The notes under the pieces were generated by a model, which saw nothing but the letters and a program-made list of their open reading frames with translations, ran no database searches and was not told where the DNA came from. DNA of 53,950 nt, counting the filler, from Catajapyx aquilonaris (lineage: Eukaryota): the NCBI GenBank assembly GCA_000934665.2. It is 3 parts of 3 records of this genome, joined end to end, with 100 filler letters (N's around TTAATTAATTAA, not from the genome) between each part and the next. Parts side by side here need not be neighbours in the genome. Positions count along the whole stretch, not along the records: positions 1 to 17,941 come from JYFJ02006823.1; positions 18,042 to 35,965 come from JYFJ02006824.1; 1 more part is not named here. The stretch is one strand, 5' to 3'. Numbering within the stretch: position 1 is the first letter of the stretch; each line of letters opens with the position of its first letter. Positions 13,314 to 25,486 of the stretch are shown here, in pieces. Made by a program: the position numbers and the translations under genes.

Positions 13314-16300
13314 TTAGGACGAGCAGGCAGGGACCTGGGAGGGAGGGACGCAGCTCTTGCTCTCGTCGTCATAGGCCAGGTCTCCGCAGTTGTATTCGAT
13401 CTTCTGGAACGATCCGGACCCGTTGGGGACGCACTCGTAATACTTGTGGCAGTCGTCCGGATCCGGGAAGAATCCGGAATGGGGGCAGGTTCCTGGGGGA
13501 CCCCTTGTGATGCGGGTCTGAAAGGAGAACCAAATGGTATTTCTTTATATCGATAGAGAACCGGTATGGGGCTAACGGAATTCTCAAATGCTCTCAGGGA
13601 TACTATACACCAGAATAACAAGATAATGGGATACTCTTCCAGGAAGGAAACCACATTAATTGTATGCAACAATATGATATGTAAAGTACCAGTAAAAAAA
13701 AAAGAGAGAGAAGCTCTTGTCAGTACCGCTGGATCAATTCAGTTTGAGGTTCGGGTTTAAAATTGGTTTTGTTGTCTCGACACGGTGGCATATCTGGAGC
13801 TGTGCATGTATAGTACGCTTACAGCACGTTCAAAGATATTGCTTTGTCATGAATTTTTAAATTTTAATCAACCCTCTTTGCATCATTTATGTATAGACGG
13901 GGTTTGTCCTAGCGACCAACTTTATAACGAGGCATTTCTCTCTCCTTTTTTTGTTTTGTTTCTGAGTATGAAAAGTCCTATAGCTATCCTTATTAATCGT
14001 CAGGTTCTGTATGAGTATTCGTATGAACAACATGTAAGTTAAATCAATATTTGCTCCACTTGCCATTGCTGTAATATTTGGCCAATTGCATTTAACAGCG
14101 TTACAGCTTTACTTTACAACATTTTAGCCTTCAATTTCATATGGTACAGTATGTTATCATGGACATCTTGCAGAAACAAGCAAACAAAACAAAAAATACA
14201 CGGATTCCATATAAGCCACGTTCTTCATCTTAATACCCATACTGTACAAAGCTACTTGTGATGAACTGAGCTTGTAATCAAACTACTTTAAAATTCTTAA
14301 TACAGTAATAGGTAGGCTCATAATGACGCTCGAATCGGTTAAGACATTAATGAAAGTTAAAGAGCTTGTGCTCTGGGGGCTTCGTCAAACTAAAATGGAA
14401 AAGAGTTCATCTGCTTTATATTAAGAGTGCTTCATACATGCGGGTGATGCAGTATGCAGCAGGTGTATCGCTTCATCAAAATACTCTGCGATCCGTGCGG
14501 TCCATCGCAAAAAATTCCGGATTATTTTTTCGGTCATGGGATTATCGGGGTGGAGTTCTCTTGGCAAGCAATTTTGCACCCCGATGGTGAAATCAATGGG
14601 CCGAAAATTCGGCCCGGAAATAATTTTACCGGGAGCTCGGGCCGGAAGGCCTCCCTTGAATTGACTCGGGAAAGGGTTAATGAGGAGGTAATAAATTGAA
14701 ACCATAAGGAGAGCGATCGATCTCGCGGCTGATTGTGTGTGTATGAATGGCCAGGTTGCACATACATGCCCTGCTGGATTCAATCTCACATGCTCAATCG
14801 GGTTTTTGTGTGTGTGTGTGTGTGTGTGTTTTTTTTTATCCGACTTACCGGGGCGGTGGGATCTCGTGTGGTGGTAGGTGGGTAGGTCGGAGGGGTGATG
14901 GGGGTGTGACCTGTGTCCATGACCTTCCTGATGGTCCTGAGCAGAGGGAAGGTCTCTCCGAGGCACTGTCCGTGGAAGTCGTCCGTCTCGATGGACCACA
15001 CCATGGCTCCTCCCAATCCCAGTTGGTTCAGGAAGTCGCACTGGAATAAGAAAAAAAGAATGATACAGCACAGGTTGTCAGACCGTGTGACAAAAAAGTT
15101 TTTGGCCCATTCGTTTAACTTTGCTGAGAACTCTAACTTTCCTTTCACTAACTCGATTTGTGCCTCCTTCCGAACCTATTTGTTACACCACGGCTGTCAA
15201 AGCCACCTCTTTCCGGCATTTCAAGTACGGGATGTTAACTTCTGGAGAGAGGTCGAGGCCTGATTTTGCACTTTCCATTTCTTTTGCGGCCTGACAGCGT
15301 CGTGTTTCCTGGTTTTAAGATGTAAGACGACCTGGGTTTTTTTTTTACCCCTCATCTGGATAAAGAATGTTCAACTTTTACGCCCGGAATAAAATTGGCT
15401 TGAACACACATCTTTAACATGCAACGTTTTCTTCACCAAATTAGCCCGTGAAAGAGAAGAAGTTATTTCGGGGTAATTAAGGGTGCTTATCAAGCTCAGC
15501 TCGTTATATGAGAGGCGATATCTACTTCTTGCAGCGTGTGTTTATATACAAGTCATGTATGTGAAAATAAAAAGGAGAGTGTGCGAACCTTGACCGTGAT
15601 GGATTCCACGTCGTCATAACCGATCCATTCCCTTCCGTTGTAGGCGTATGGTGCCATGTAGTATGGATCCCTCTCCACGGTCCATTTGCCTTTCTCCTGG
15701 CCAAACTTCTCGCAGATCTGTATAGGGAAGAAGGATAGAAAAACAGCATATATAACATTAAGATACAGATTGGACCGCATAGTTTTGGGAGAGATGAAAA
15801 TAATGACACATATTAAAACAGCTTCAATCGAGGCCTCCGCAGCAGCATCCGCCTCTTTTGTAAATGTTAACGACTGCGGATGCCATAAACGTTGTCATCA
15901 AAATGTGCGCATCATGATCGAGAGAGATTGCGGGATGCAGCAGGTATCTGTGATCTGTGCTCTGTTCAGCCTCGTTTAGTGGCTGGAAGGGGAGCCACAT
16001 CATGTAATATTGGTGATAAATATTTATAGCTAATATTTTTGGGCAGCCAAAGGGAAAAATCTCTAATAATATCAATTTCAACTGTGTAATATCTGATTAG
16101 CACCCAAGTTAGCTGGCAGTAAAATCCAGCCTAACTCTCGTTGATAAGCCTGGATTTTAACAAGCCAAGATTTTGTGAACCGCATAATCCAGCTCAGTCG
16201 CGAAACTCCCATGTTAAATGTCCCGGAATTCTGCGCGACACCTAACCCAGTTTGGGAGACACAATCGATATAATATATGCACTCAGCGGCTAATAAGGCG

Positions 16301-17218
16301 ACTGCACAATGAGAGAGGCTCTTGTTGTTTGTGCTTTCGAACCAAGGGAATAACCGAGTCTTCCGCGAAGAGTACAATGCGTGTGTATATATACAAATCG
16401 GATTAAGCTCGAAATCCCTTTTCATCCCGACGACTCTCATTACCGCATTTTCAGACTCGAATCTTGACATCCATTCAATTTCCCTGAGCGTCGACACGTG
16501 TCGGTTGCCACACATATATAGGATGGCAAGGTCAGACCTGATTTCACGGGCAGGCGCGTGCAAGTACCGGGTGTGACATAACATATACCTCATTGTATCC
16601 CCAAGTGCCTGCCTCCCTGGTGTATGGCCCTGCGATGATTGGCTGAGGAGCCGGGTCTCCGATGTCGTGGTGCTCCTCGCTCTGGAGAGTCCATCCCCTT
16701 CCGTAGAGGGCCATCCCGAGGACCATCTTCTCAGGGGGAGCTCCCTGGGATATCCAGTAGTTGACGCTGAAGTTGAGGTTGAAGGTCAGGAAGAGCTCGC
16801 TGGTCTCTCCGGGGCGGGGGAACATCGGGGTGTTCTGACCCGTCACGGTCTCCCAGGCGCCGTGGTAGTCGTAGGCCATCACGTTGATGATGTCCACGTA
16901 CCTGGAGTACAATAATGCTGCTTTTATTTGGTAAAAGTTCCAAGCACGGCCTTAGACAGGTGTGGAAACGTGCTATGCGTAGGAAGGGGGGTTTCCGCTT
17001 TGGCGCTGGTGTAGTTCCCAAAAGTGGGTTTCCATAATAAGCCTTGGGTAGGAGTATCAGGCTGGCTGGTTTCAAGCGCGTGTGACATACTTAGACATTT
17101 CTGGGACGTTGTATGAGACGTCCATTGTTGGCTTTCCGGCTGAGACGGCGGTACTGAGGAGGAATCCCTTGGTGTCGAAGGCTTCTCGCAGCTCCTTCAG
17201 CAGAGTGACGTAATTGAC
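13314..17218 (-). CDS. GH18 chitinase with CBM14 (chitinase B, 5'-incomplete)
   Basis: Exons 17218-17091 (VNYVTLLKELREAF..STAVSAGK), 16901-16589 ([22 protein letters not shown]), 15717-15589 (WIGYDD), 15040-14849 (LGGAMVWSIETDDF plus PT linker) and 13517-13314 (CPHSGFFPDPDDCHKYYECV..C..C..C*). AATAAA at ~13185. The signal-peptide and DxDxE exons are not seen before the spacer at 17942. Confidence 0.93.
14808..14828. repeat. (TG)n microsatellite in chitinase B intron
   Basis: tgtgtgtg run read directly. Confidence 0.85.
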
Positions 17219-17941
17219 CTGTCGAAAGGAAACATAGGGCATCCAATCACGCGTCAGCCTTCATTTCCTGCTGGATGCAAATCGCAAGAATTGGGAAAAT
17301 TTTCCCAGAGTTTTTTTTTTGACAAAAGGCGCCGGAAAAGGAGAGGACTGCACGTCACTTCAATTCTGTTCAGCCCGGATTGCCATAACAAAGTTGGGGA
17401 GGTGAAGCCCACGCGCAAAAGCAAAAGGAGGGGGTCACGGAAGGTCAGGTTTCTCTCTCCTTATACTTTGTCAACCTCCCGTGCCGTAGGAAATGTGTTG
17501 AAAATGACGTTTAATTAAGGATATATGCGTGGATAAATACTAATCAGGTGAAAAGAGTTTCGGGGGGGAGGTCGAAAAGAGGAAGACACCCCCCTTTATA
17601 TTCCTTTCGTCTTTGCAGACCTTCCCCGGGAGTGATTCATGGCTTCTCCAGCAGTGCCGTTCATTACCGTGCCGTATTTCGCCTTGTCCCAACTTAATGA
17701 GCTCTTTCAAGAAAGCTTCCGGGAACTAATAAACCAAAGTGACTCGGGAGGGACCCGTGTTGCCAGATTTTAATGGGGGATCATCCCTCTTCGTATACTG
17801 ATGCGAATCAAAGCTCAGAGCTTGTCTCGACCATTTTTATGGGAAACTAGCAGGATACCCGGCATTGCTCGGGTTATGAAATACTTTTCCATGAGGTGTA
17901 AGTCATTGATTTGGTAGTAACCTTTGAAATAATTATGGCTA

Positions 17942-18041
17942 NNNNNNNNNNNNNNNNNNNNNNNNNNNNNNNNNNNNNNNNNNNNTTAATTAATTAANNN
18001 NNNNNNNNNNNNNNNNNNNNNNNNNNNNNNNNNNNNNNNNN
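17942..18041. other. Artificial contig spacer N44-TTAATTAATTAA-N44
   Basis: Exactly 100 bp with a six-frame stop linker in the middle; identical design at 35966-36065. Confidence 0.95.
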
Positions 18042-18133
18042 TTCGTCTCCCAGAAAAATTGCTTATACCCTCGGAATCAGGATTCCTTGCCCGATTTTTA
18101 GAACACAACTTGTATTTTGAGTGGAGTGTCCCT
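18042..18133. mobile_element. Right end of the AGGGACACTCCACTC-TIR MITE family, truncated at the spacer
   Basis: AACTTGTATTTTGAGTGGAGTGTCCCT followed by TTAA, identical to the end of the 2138-2644 copy. Confidence 0.85.
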
Positions 18134-19149
18134 TTAAGAACTCCAGGCCGAAGATACCCCCGTACATGAATGGGTCGAAAGCCAACGGCGATCGTGACAA
18201 CCGGGGCGGCCCTGATAGTCGGCCCTGAACAGTTTCTGGCGTCTCCCATTCCCAAAAAACCTTGGGGCAGCCCAGGGGCGGCCACTGATCACTGCGGTAG
18301 TGCTGTCAAGAGCTACCTACACTCGAAAAACGAGCCCAAACGTTTATGCCCGATCCGCCGCCAGGTGGCAGGGCAAGCCATCTCCACGGTCCCTATACCC
18401 CCAAACGTGGCAATCCCCCCCCCACTACACAAAGAAATCAACACGCGTTGATTAGCTACACACTGTACCCCAGCGAAAGAAATATTTAAATTACAACGGA
18501 AAAAAGAAAATAATAATCGACAAATCTACGATCCTAAAAAAAAAACCCCAATACATATGCCACTATTAAAAGAAACCAAACCGACAAAATCACACTCAAC
18601 TAATACTGTCGAACTACTCGCACTGGTCTGGCCCTCGCCCTCCTTTCTATAATGTCTTCCTCCTTCTTCCTCTTCTTCTTTTTTCATCTTTTTTTTCCAC
18701 TTGACCGGCACAATTCACCATGCTCACATCACCAAAAAGAATTAATCACTTTTCATCACCTAATCTCTATCCTCACTTTTTTCATATTTTTTTTCTGGGG
18801 AGCACTAACATTCATTCACACACCTGTGACGCCAGGTTCTAAATTCCGACGTACACAATAGGTGTCAAGGATAAGGCTCTAGGTGGTGGATGGTTTGGCC
18901 CACGGTCATATAAGTAAGGTCTGGTCACTCCCACCCACCCCCTGCCGAGGCATTTTGCACCGGGTGCTCACCTGAGACCGCCATGAGACATTCGGAGGCC
19001 ACGATATGTGGCGACCCTACCGGACTCAGGCTGAACTTCATAGGTACGAAAGGGTACGAAAGGTACGAAAGGTACGAAAGGGTCGCCACATATCGTTGCC
19101 TCCGAATGTGGCTCCGAATGTGGCTTTACAATAACAATATGTGACATTA

Positions 19150-20000
19150 CACACCTCTCGCCAAGTACTCACCGCACTCCCCCTCATTCCGCATCCAGGA
19201 ACAACTCATCCCTTTCCTCTACCGACAACTGCATCTGCATCACCCCGTCTTCTTCATCACCCTCCTGAAGCGCCTGCGACGAGTCCCCCGTCTCCTGCTC
19301 GCAATCTTCTTCCAGTCTCGTCATTACATGTTCTTCTACTCCTACCACTACTTGCTCCGGCATTTGCTGCCCCATCGCCCGACCTTCTTCCTCCTGCTGC
19401 ACACCCCTCTCCATCTGGTTCTGTTGAAGTTGTTGAACTTCGATCGCAATGACCAAGCACGTTCGGTGACCATTCTCAACAGCCCCTCAGCCGTTTCCCC
19501 ATCAGCCCTGACGCCCACTCTCGCCAGACTAATCTTCCTCTCTTCCTCCATCTTCCTTTTGTTGATGGCATAGATTTCTCCGTTCATCTATTTTATGTAC
19601 GAACCAGCCGCCATGCAGTGCACTAGAGGAACCTGTCGCTCAACAGCCCCCAGCACAATCGGCGGACACGCCTCCCGCAGCTCCTCCATGGTAGGGCGCA
19701 CGTACAGTACATAGTACCACGTTGTGCAGTATAGGCTTAGGCTGCGGACACCGCTGTCTTCTCCCAACAATGTCGCGGGGCACAGCCGTCCGAGTATATG
19801 GGAAGTCACGGATCCGGTACGTCATCGCCTCTCTCGACTCGTGCCCCTGCTTCTCCTGACCCTGACGACCCGTCTCAACATCTTGTTCTTCTGCCCAATT
19901 CGAACTTCCAGTCGAACTACGGCCCCTCCAAGCACCTCGCCCTTGCCCACGCAAAGATGCCATGATCTGCAACAAAACGCATCTGATCTTTAGCCTGATC
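19150..20000 (-). pseudogene. Frameshifted ORF, possibly gag/ORF1-like from a retroelement
   Basis: Overlapping minus-strand ORFs join into one protein-like chain: MASLRGQGRGAWRGRSS.., ..PTMEELREACPPIVL.., ..NKRKMEEERKISL.., then an acidic Q/E-rich tail. No recognisable domain. Confidence 0.3.
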
Positions 20001-20484
20001 ACCAGCCCTTTGTCATAAAAATCCAGACTCTCTCCAGTCCTCCCCTGCGAACCACATCATCATCTGCGTAGAACTGGCTCTAGCCAGAATCCTTGCCAAC
20101 CCATTTCTGAATCAGAAACGGCCAGTACCACTGGAAATGACACCACTTCCGGCAGCCATTGTAGCCTTAACTAGCAGCTACGGTATTCCTCCTTCTACCC
20201 GTATTGACGGCTTGGTACGGTGGCCAGTTATCCTAAAACCTCGCGCGAGAGCATTTCAGCTCCCCATAGACGTGAATGGCACTGAACAGCGGGGCGCTTC
20301 AAGCAAACCGCCCAATGTAACACTCCGCCTTCCCCGGCGTCAGTTTATTGACTCCCTTAAATCCCTTAAATCCAACAACACCGGGTCGTGACGGTACCAG
20401 ACTTACCAGCACCCCACTGCGCCCTTGGCTATTCATCTAGTCTGTTTCGTTATGTGTCTAGTTTCCTTGACCCGGTGAAACATA

Positions 20485-21796
20485 CACTCTTAGTCCGGTC
20501 ACCTTTAATATCCCCTTTAGAGTTGTTTTAAAGGTGATCCGTAATGCGGCAGTAGGGAATTATAGGGGATTCGTTGAATAAAGGTGACAGGAGGAAGTAA
20601 TTTCCGCATCAATAAAGGTGACGTCAATGTATAGGGGACAATGACAGGAGGATTTTAAGGTGACGCAGGTTTAGAGGTGACGTGCTGAGATGGGAGCTGC
20701 CGTGGTCACCTTTAAACGGGAAATATCACCTCTAAATCAAAATTGGCAGGATCGTGACGTCAGTGGTCACGTGACATTTTGCAAATGGCCGCTGCTGGAC
20801 CAGGGAACAAGTTCGCTTCTCCCTGGGCTGGACGCCGGTGACGGTGACTGTGACTGCCACTCTGCCAGTGCTTGAGGTGAGGTTGGACAGGTTGGTGAGG
20901 AACGGGGCCGTGCAGACGGGCCAAGCTTAGCCGCTGCTGGCCGCGGCTGCGACGGTTCACACCCCGGTCGGTTCACACCTAGCGGCCCCCTAGCAACGCC
21001 CGGCCAGGCCACGGGCCAACTTCCTGGAAGTTGGCCAGGGCCGAGACCAGCTTGGCCCGTCTGCACTGCCTCAGTGGCCTGGGCCTGGCCCGACTGGGGA
21101 TTACCACTGCAGTGTGCAGGTCAGTTTGGTGTGTTGCTCTCAGTGTTTCGACCATGCTTCCAAGCCGGGTATGTTTTTTGTCAGGCTTCCTTTTGTGTTC
21201 TCCTTGCTGTGTTGCACCTGTTGCGCGGCTGTTGTGACCAGCAGTTGACTGCCAGTGCTTGAGGTCAGCTTGGTGACACAGGGGCCGTGCAAACGGGCCA
21301 AGCTTAGCCAGACTGAATGGGGATTGCCACCACAGTGTCCAGGTCAGTTTGGTGTCTTGTTCTCAGTCGTTTCGACCATGCTTCCAAGCCTGGTATGTTT
21401 TTTTCAGGCTTCCCGTTGTGTTCTCCTTGCTGTGTTGCACCTTCTGCACGCCCCATTGTTGTGACCAGCTGTGATGGGTTTGAATTGGAGCAAGATTCCG
21501 GGCAAGCCAAGGATACATATACCATTACCCTTCTAAAATAAAGGGGGCCAAAACCGGCCATTTTGTCCCATAAATGTGACCTGATTAAAACTTTACAGGG
21601 TTCAACGGTACCTTTTATTTTTAAGGGGACATATTCCCTTCTAAAATAAAGTTGACAAAACAGGCAATTTTGTCACCTTTAAATAAAGGTGACCAACGGT
21701 ACCTTTTGTTTTAAAGGAGCCATGTACCCTTCTAAAATAAAGGTGACAAAACAGGCTGTTTCGTCACCTTTAATAAAGGTGACCGGGCTAAGAGTG
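20485..21796. mobile_element. CACTA/EnSpm-like non-autonomous element with AAAGGTGAC subterminal repeats
   Basis: TIR CACTCTTAGTCCGGTCACCTTTA / TAAAGGTGACCGGGCTAAGAGTG flanked by TA on both sides; more than 10 copies of (A)AAGGTGAC or its reverse complement near both ends. Confidence 0.8.
21095..21470. repeat. Internal direct repeat of ~150 bp (two copies) within the CACTA-like element
   Basis: GGGATT.CCAC..CAGTGT.CAGGTCAGTTTGGTGT...GTTGTGACCAGC at ~21097-21243 and ~21320-21469. 20860-20932 also matches 21246-21309. Confidence 0.85.
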
Positions 21797-22359
21797 TACG
21801 ACCAACCTACTCTGCTACCCGAGCCTCCAGGGTCTCCCAGGGCAACCGCAATCACCCAAACCCAAGCTCCAGGGTAACCCACCCACTACATGTGGTGTAC
21901 GTAGGTACTCACCAAGGGATGTCTATAACATAGGGCCAGGATGACAAGCATCCACTTGAGCAGCGACAAAGTCCCCATCAGCTAATGGTCATAATTCGAA
22001 AATTCAAAACTCCCAACTCGAATCTTCAACTCATCGTTTGCAACAATGACGTTCACATCAGCCGCCCGATGGAACCACGACTCGTCCACACCATCCAATA
22101 GAGTTCACTCAACACCCAGATGTACGACCCACCATGTGACCCGCAAGCCAACATGAATGAACACATCAATCTGCATGTGACTTCCCTGTTATCCGTCCAG
22201 CTCCACCGGCACGAGTCCGCAGACAACACGATGCATTACAGCATTGACATACATAACCAAAAGTGCACAAATCGGCGTCCACCGATCCAACACTCAAGAA
22301 GCACACCTCCCCCATCTCGCACAGCAAGATGAACAGAGCCATACCAACCAATGGTATCC

Positions 22360-22419
22360 ACCATTAGTTAATCCTGGATTAAGGACACATGTGTCCTTAA
22401 TCCAGGATTAACTAATGGT
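22360..22419. repeat. Perfect 60-bp palindrome
   Basis: ACCATTAGTTAATCCTGGATTAAGGACACA|TGTGTCCTTAATCCAGGATTAACTAATGGT with no spacer. Confidence 0.95.
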
Positions 22420-23601
22420 TCTCACCCCAGCACTACAATCAAGGTCTACACTGGGCATGTTGCCCCTCGACCAGTGCTATCCCATCATCGACCAATGAGT
22501 ACCAAAACATTGCAATTCAATCTACTACTATCAGTACTACGTGTGTTGCCCAGCCTCCAGGCAGCTCGAAGGTGATCACGTCAGCACCCAACGCCAAGCA
22601 CATGACAACAACACTCCACACGCATCAACAACACAGCCAAGGCACACATCATAACCAGTGATAGAATGCACCGTCAGGTGTATTCCTCTGACATCATGTC
22701 ATTCTTTCAACAATCATCGACACTCGACCAGCAACAAACATCAGCCTTCGCAGCACCACTGACAAGTCGTGATAGCCTAAAGCCGTCGGACCTCGCACAG
22801 GACAATTAAGTCCCCAAGTCAAGCGTGAGTAACGCTTTATGCTAACCACTCAACCCAACTGCATCAATCCTATGACTCATACGACCACCCCATGTAGTCA
22901 ACACCACCTGACCAGGCATTGTTTGCAACGAGTCACTGCATCCACCAGTGTATTCCTCCAACAACACAATCTTCCACCAGATCTAAACCACTCAGCAACG
23001 TGAAAACAAGACTATACCATCTCTTTTCCCCATGGTCAACTGGCCATATACCATCCAGTCTTTTATTAGAGGCCAAATGCAACCTGCATTCATCCTCCAC
23101 GACTGCCTCATGCCTGCAACATGACTAGACAGTCACATGCCCCTCACCGTACAGTACTCACTGCATCACTCAGGGCTCACTCAAATGGTGAGGCACTAAC
23201 AGTCCCCATCAACAATGCATTTTTGGGCGCCACCTCCGGCTTGTTCTCCGAAGGACTATCCGATGCTAAAATGATCCACATTTTATCGCACGAACAGAAA
23301 TAGCTCCTCCAGATTAGCATTCACTAATCTCAGATTCGCGTCAAGACTAGGGAGTCCTCTTCTCCTCCCTACAATTCGTCGGGAAGCAAGTGCAACCCCT
23401 TCCCGCCAAGCTCAACCCACTTTTCCCCTCCGCCATTTTGAGCGCGGGAGAGAAACCGTCCACGCTGCCGCGGATTCCGCAGCAGCCGTAACCACTGCAA
23501 GTGCTGTAGCCCTCTACTACGCACCTCTACTTCCTACCACAGGCTTCAATACTGCATACACCAGCATTCCCTTGCAACCTGGCTGTAATGTGTCCACATT
23601 A

Positions 23602-24017
23602 AGGCCCATTCACACAGGCCGTCGACGGTTTTGGTTTTGGTTTTGGACCAATCCAGGGTCACCTCCATGAGTGCCTCCCCCACCTAGACAGGGTATTGTC
23701 TCTCCGCCATATTGGAGCTAAATCAGATAGGAAAAAACCATATGAAAAAAAGTTGAAAAAAACAAAAATGAATCGCTTCCCAATTTCCTATCCTGCTGCA
23801 TGCAATCTAGCTCCAATATGGCCGCCCCATAAGGACTATGTGAAGACAATACCCTGGTTAGGGTGGGGGAGGCAACCATGTAGGGGACCCTGGACCAATC
23901 AGAGCGGGCCCTCACGGTAACCATGACGCGTTGTTTACGTGAGGGCCCGTTCTGATTGGTCCGCGGCGTCGACGAGACCAAAAACCAAAACCGTCGACGG
24001 CCTGTGTGAATGGGCCT
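23602..24017. mobile_element. PIF/Harbinger (Tourist-like) MITE
   Basis: TIR of ~30 bp AGGCCCATTCACACAGGCCGTCGACGGTTTT and its reverse complement; 3-bp TSD TTA at 23599-23601 and 24018-24020. Confidence 0.88.
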
Positions 24018-25486
24018 TTATACTCTGCCTTACATTGTTGCTACTGCAACAATGCCTCATCGACACTGGTCGAAGCATTGACCCACCATGCCGATTACTC
24101 CCATTGGTACGTACATTGTATCAACGTCAGTACTTTCGGACGATCGGTACCAGCCCGATCCGTACCCAGAATTAGCATCCGCTAATCCACGTGCACCCGC
24201 TGCAATACCACAGCACCCGTACTACATTCCGCAGCACCACCGCGGACCTGCTTGAGTACTTACACTCAACAGCATCCTACACTAACTTCTCCTCCGGATT
24301 AGCACTAGCCAAACCAAGAGTCGCGTGCTGGCTTGAAAAACCACCATCCTCCCGCTGCACCGCCTCTACAAACGCCGGCAACTGACGAGCACTCCGCCCG
24401 CCAAACTCGGCCTCATTCTCCCCTGCGCCATCTTGAATAACAAGATGAAACAACGATTTCCCCCCCCCTTGTGCATAACGCCATAGATGTCCAACTCCAT
24501 ACTGTAGTTAGGCACTATAAAAATCACGCACGTTGGGCGACATAAATGTCTGCTGTTATCGGACAGTCATGCACACGGAATTCCTGGGTCTGTTGGTGCA
24601 TGCACATTCCAGAACTGAGCACTCACCCACCGATCAGTGTTGGCACCAACGCAATGATTGTACCCATCCCAGGTGATGATGCCGGGTGATTTTGGGCCGA
24701 TTTCCAGCAGGAACACGGCGATGCCTCTGGATATTCGTGACGATTATCACTGAACCGGCGTGCCTCCCTCCACCATCACTCCTCGGTAATCCGTTGCGAC
24801 TAACGGACACGGACAGATGGCGCGCATACTGAGCCACGTGGCTGCCTTTTGCCCAGAGGGAGCTGAGAGGGAGAACATTTAAATTCTTGTACTGGCCAAT
24901 CGGTGGTCTTCCCTCTCTCATATCTTTAAAATATCTGAAAAATATCTGAAATATTGAACTAAATGACTCTCTCGGGGGGGATAAGTGATTCCGATCTGGC
25001 AACGGGGCGCCACCTTTAATTTGGTCTCTCGAGATGTGGATAATTTATTATCACTGTTTAATCTCTTATTCATCTTAAAATCGTTCAGATATCCCACAAA
25101 TTTCTGCGACATTAGGCTAACGCTAAATGATACTCTCGGTGTAAAGGTAATGGAGATCTGGCAACAGGGCCATTGAGATGTTGAGCCCGCCTGTTTCAAA
25201 ACAGAGCAGAGGGGGACAAACGTAGATGCTCTCTATGATGACTCTTGAGGCCTGCTGGCACGACAAGAGGATGAGGGACCTTCGACCATCTCTCTCCATA
25301 CATGCCGGTGCCTGTCACACTACATAGTAGGGTCAAGAACCTAAATTCCGCGACCATTCTCTGGCTAGTAAGGTTTGACGATCCATTTGACTTCCTAGGA
25401 CCTATTAGAAGGTCCCTCGAAAAAATTCAAGCATTTTTTCCCACGGCCTCAAATCAAAGATGGCCGTCGCGTCGGCGCCTTTTTAA

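Noticed and set aside
13067..13672. 201-aa minus-strand ORF
   Set aside because: It is out of frame with the real CBM14 exon (13517-13314) that it overlaps.
19021..19080. Hammerhead ribozyme suggested by repeated CGAAA and a flanking stem
   Set aside because: No CUGANGA core is found on either strand in the correct register.
19044..19081. CRISPR-like array
   Set aside because: The units are 9-10 nt tandem repeats with no spacers, and the context is eukaryotic.
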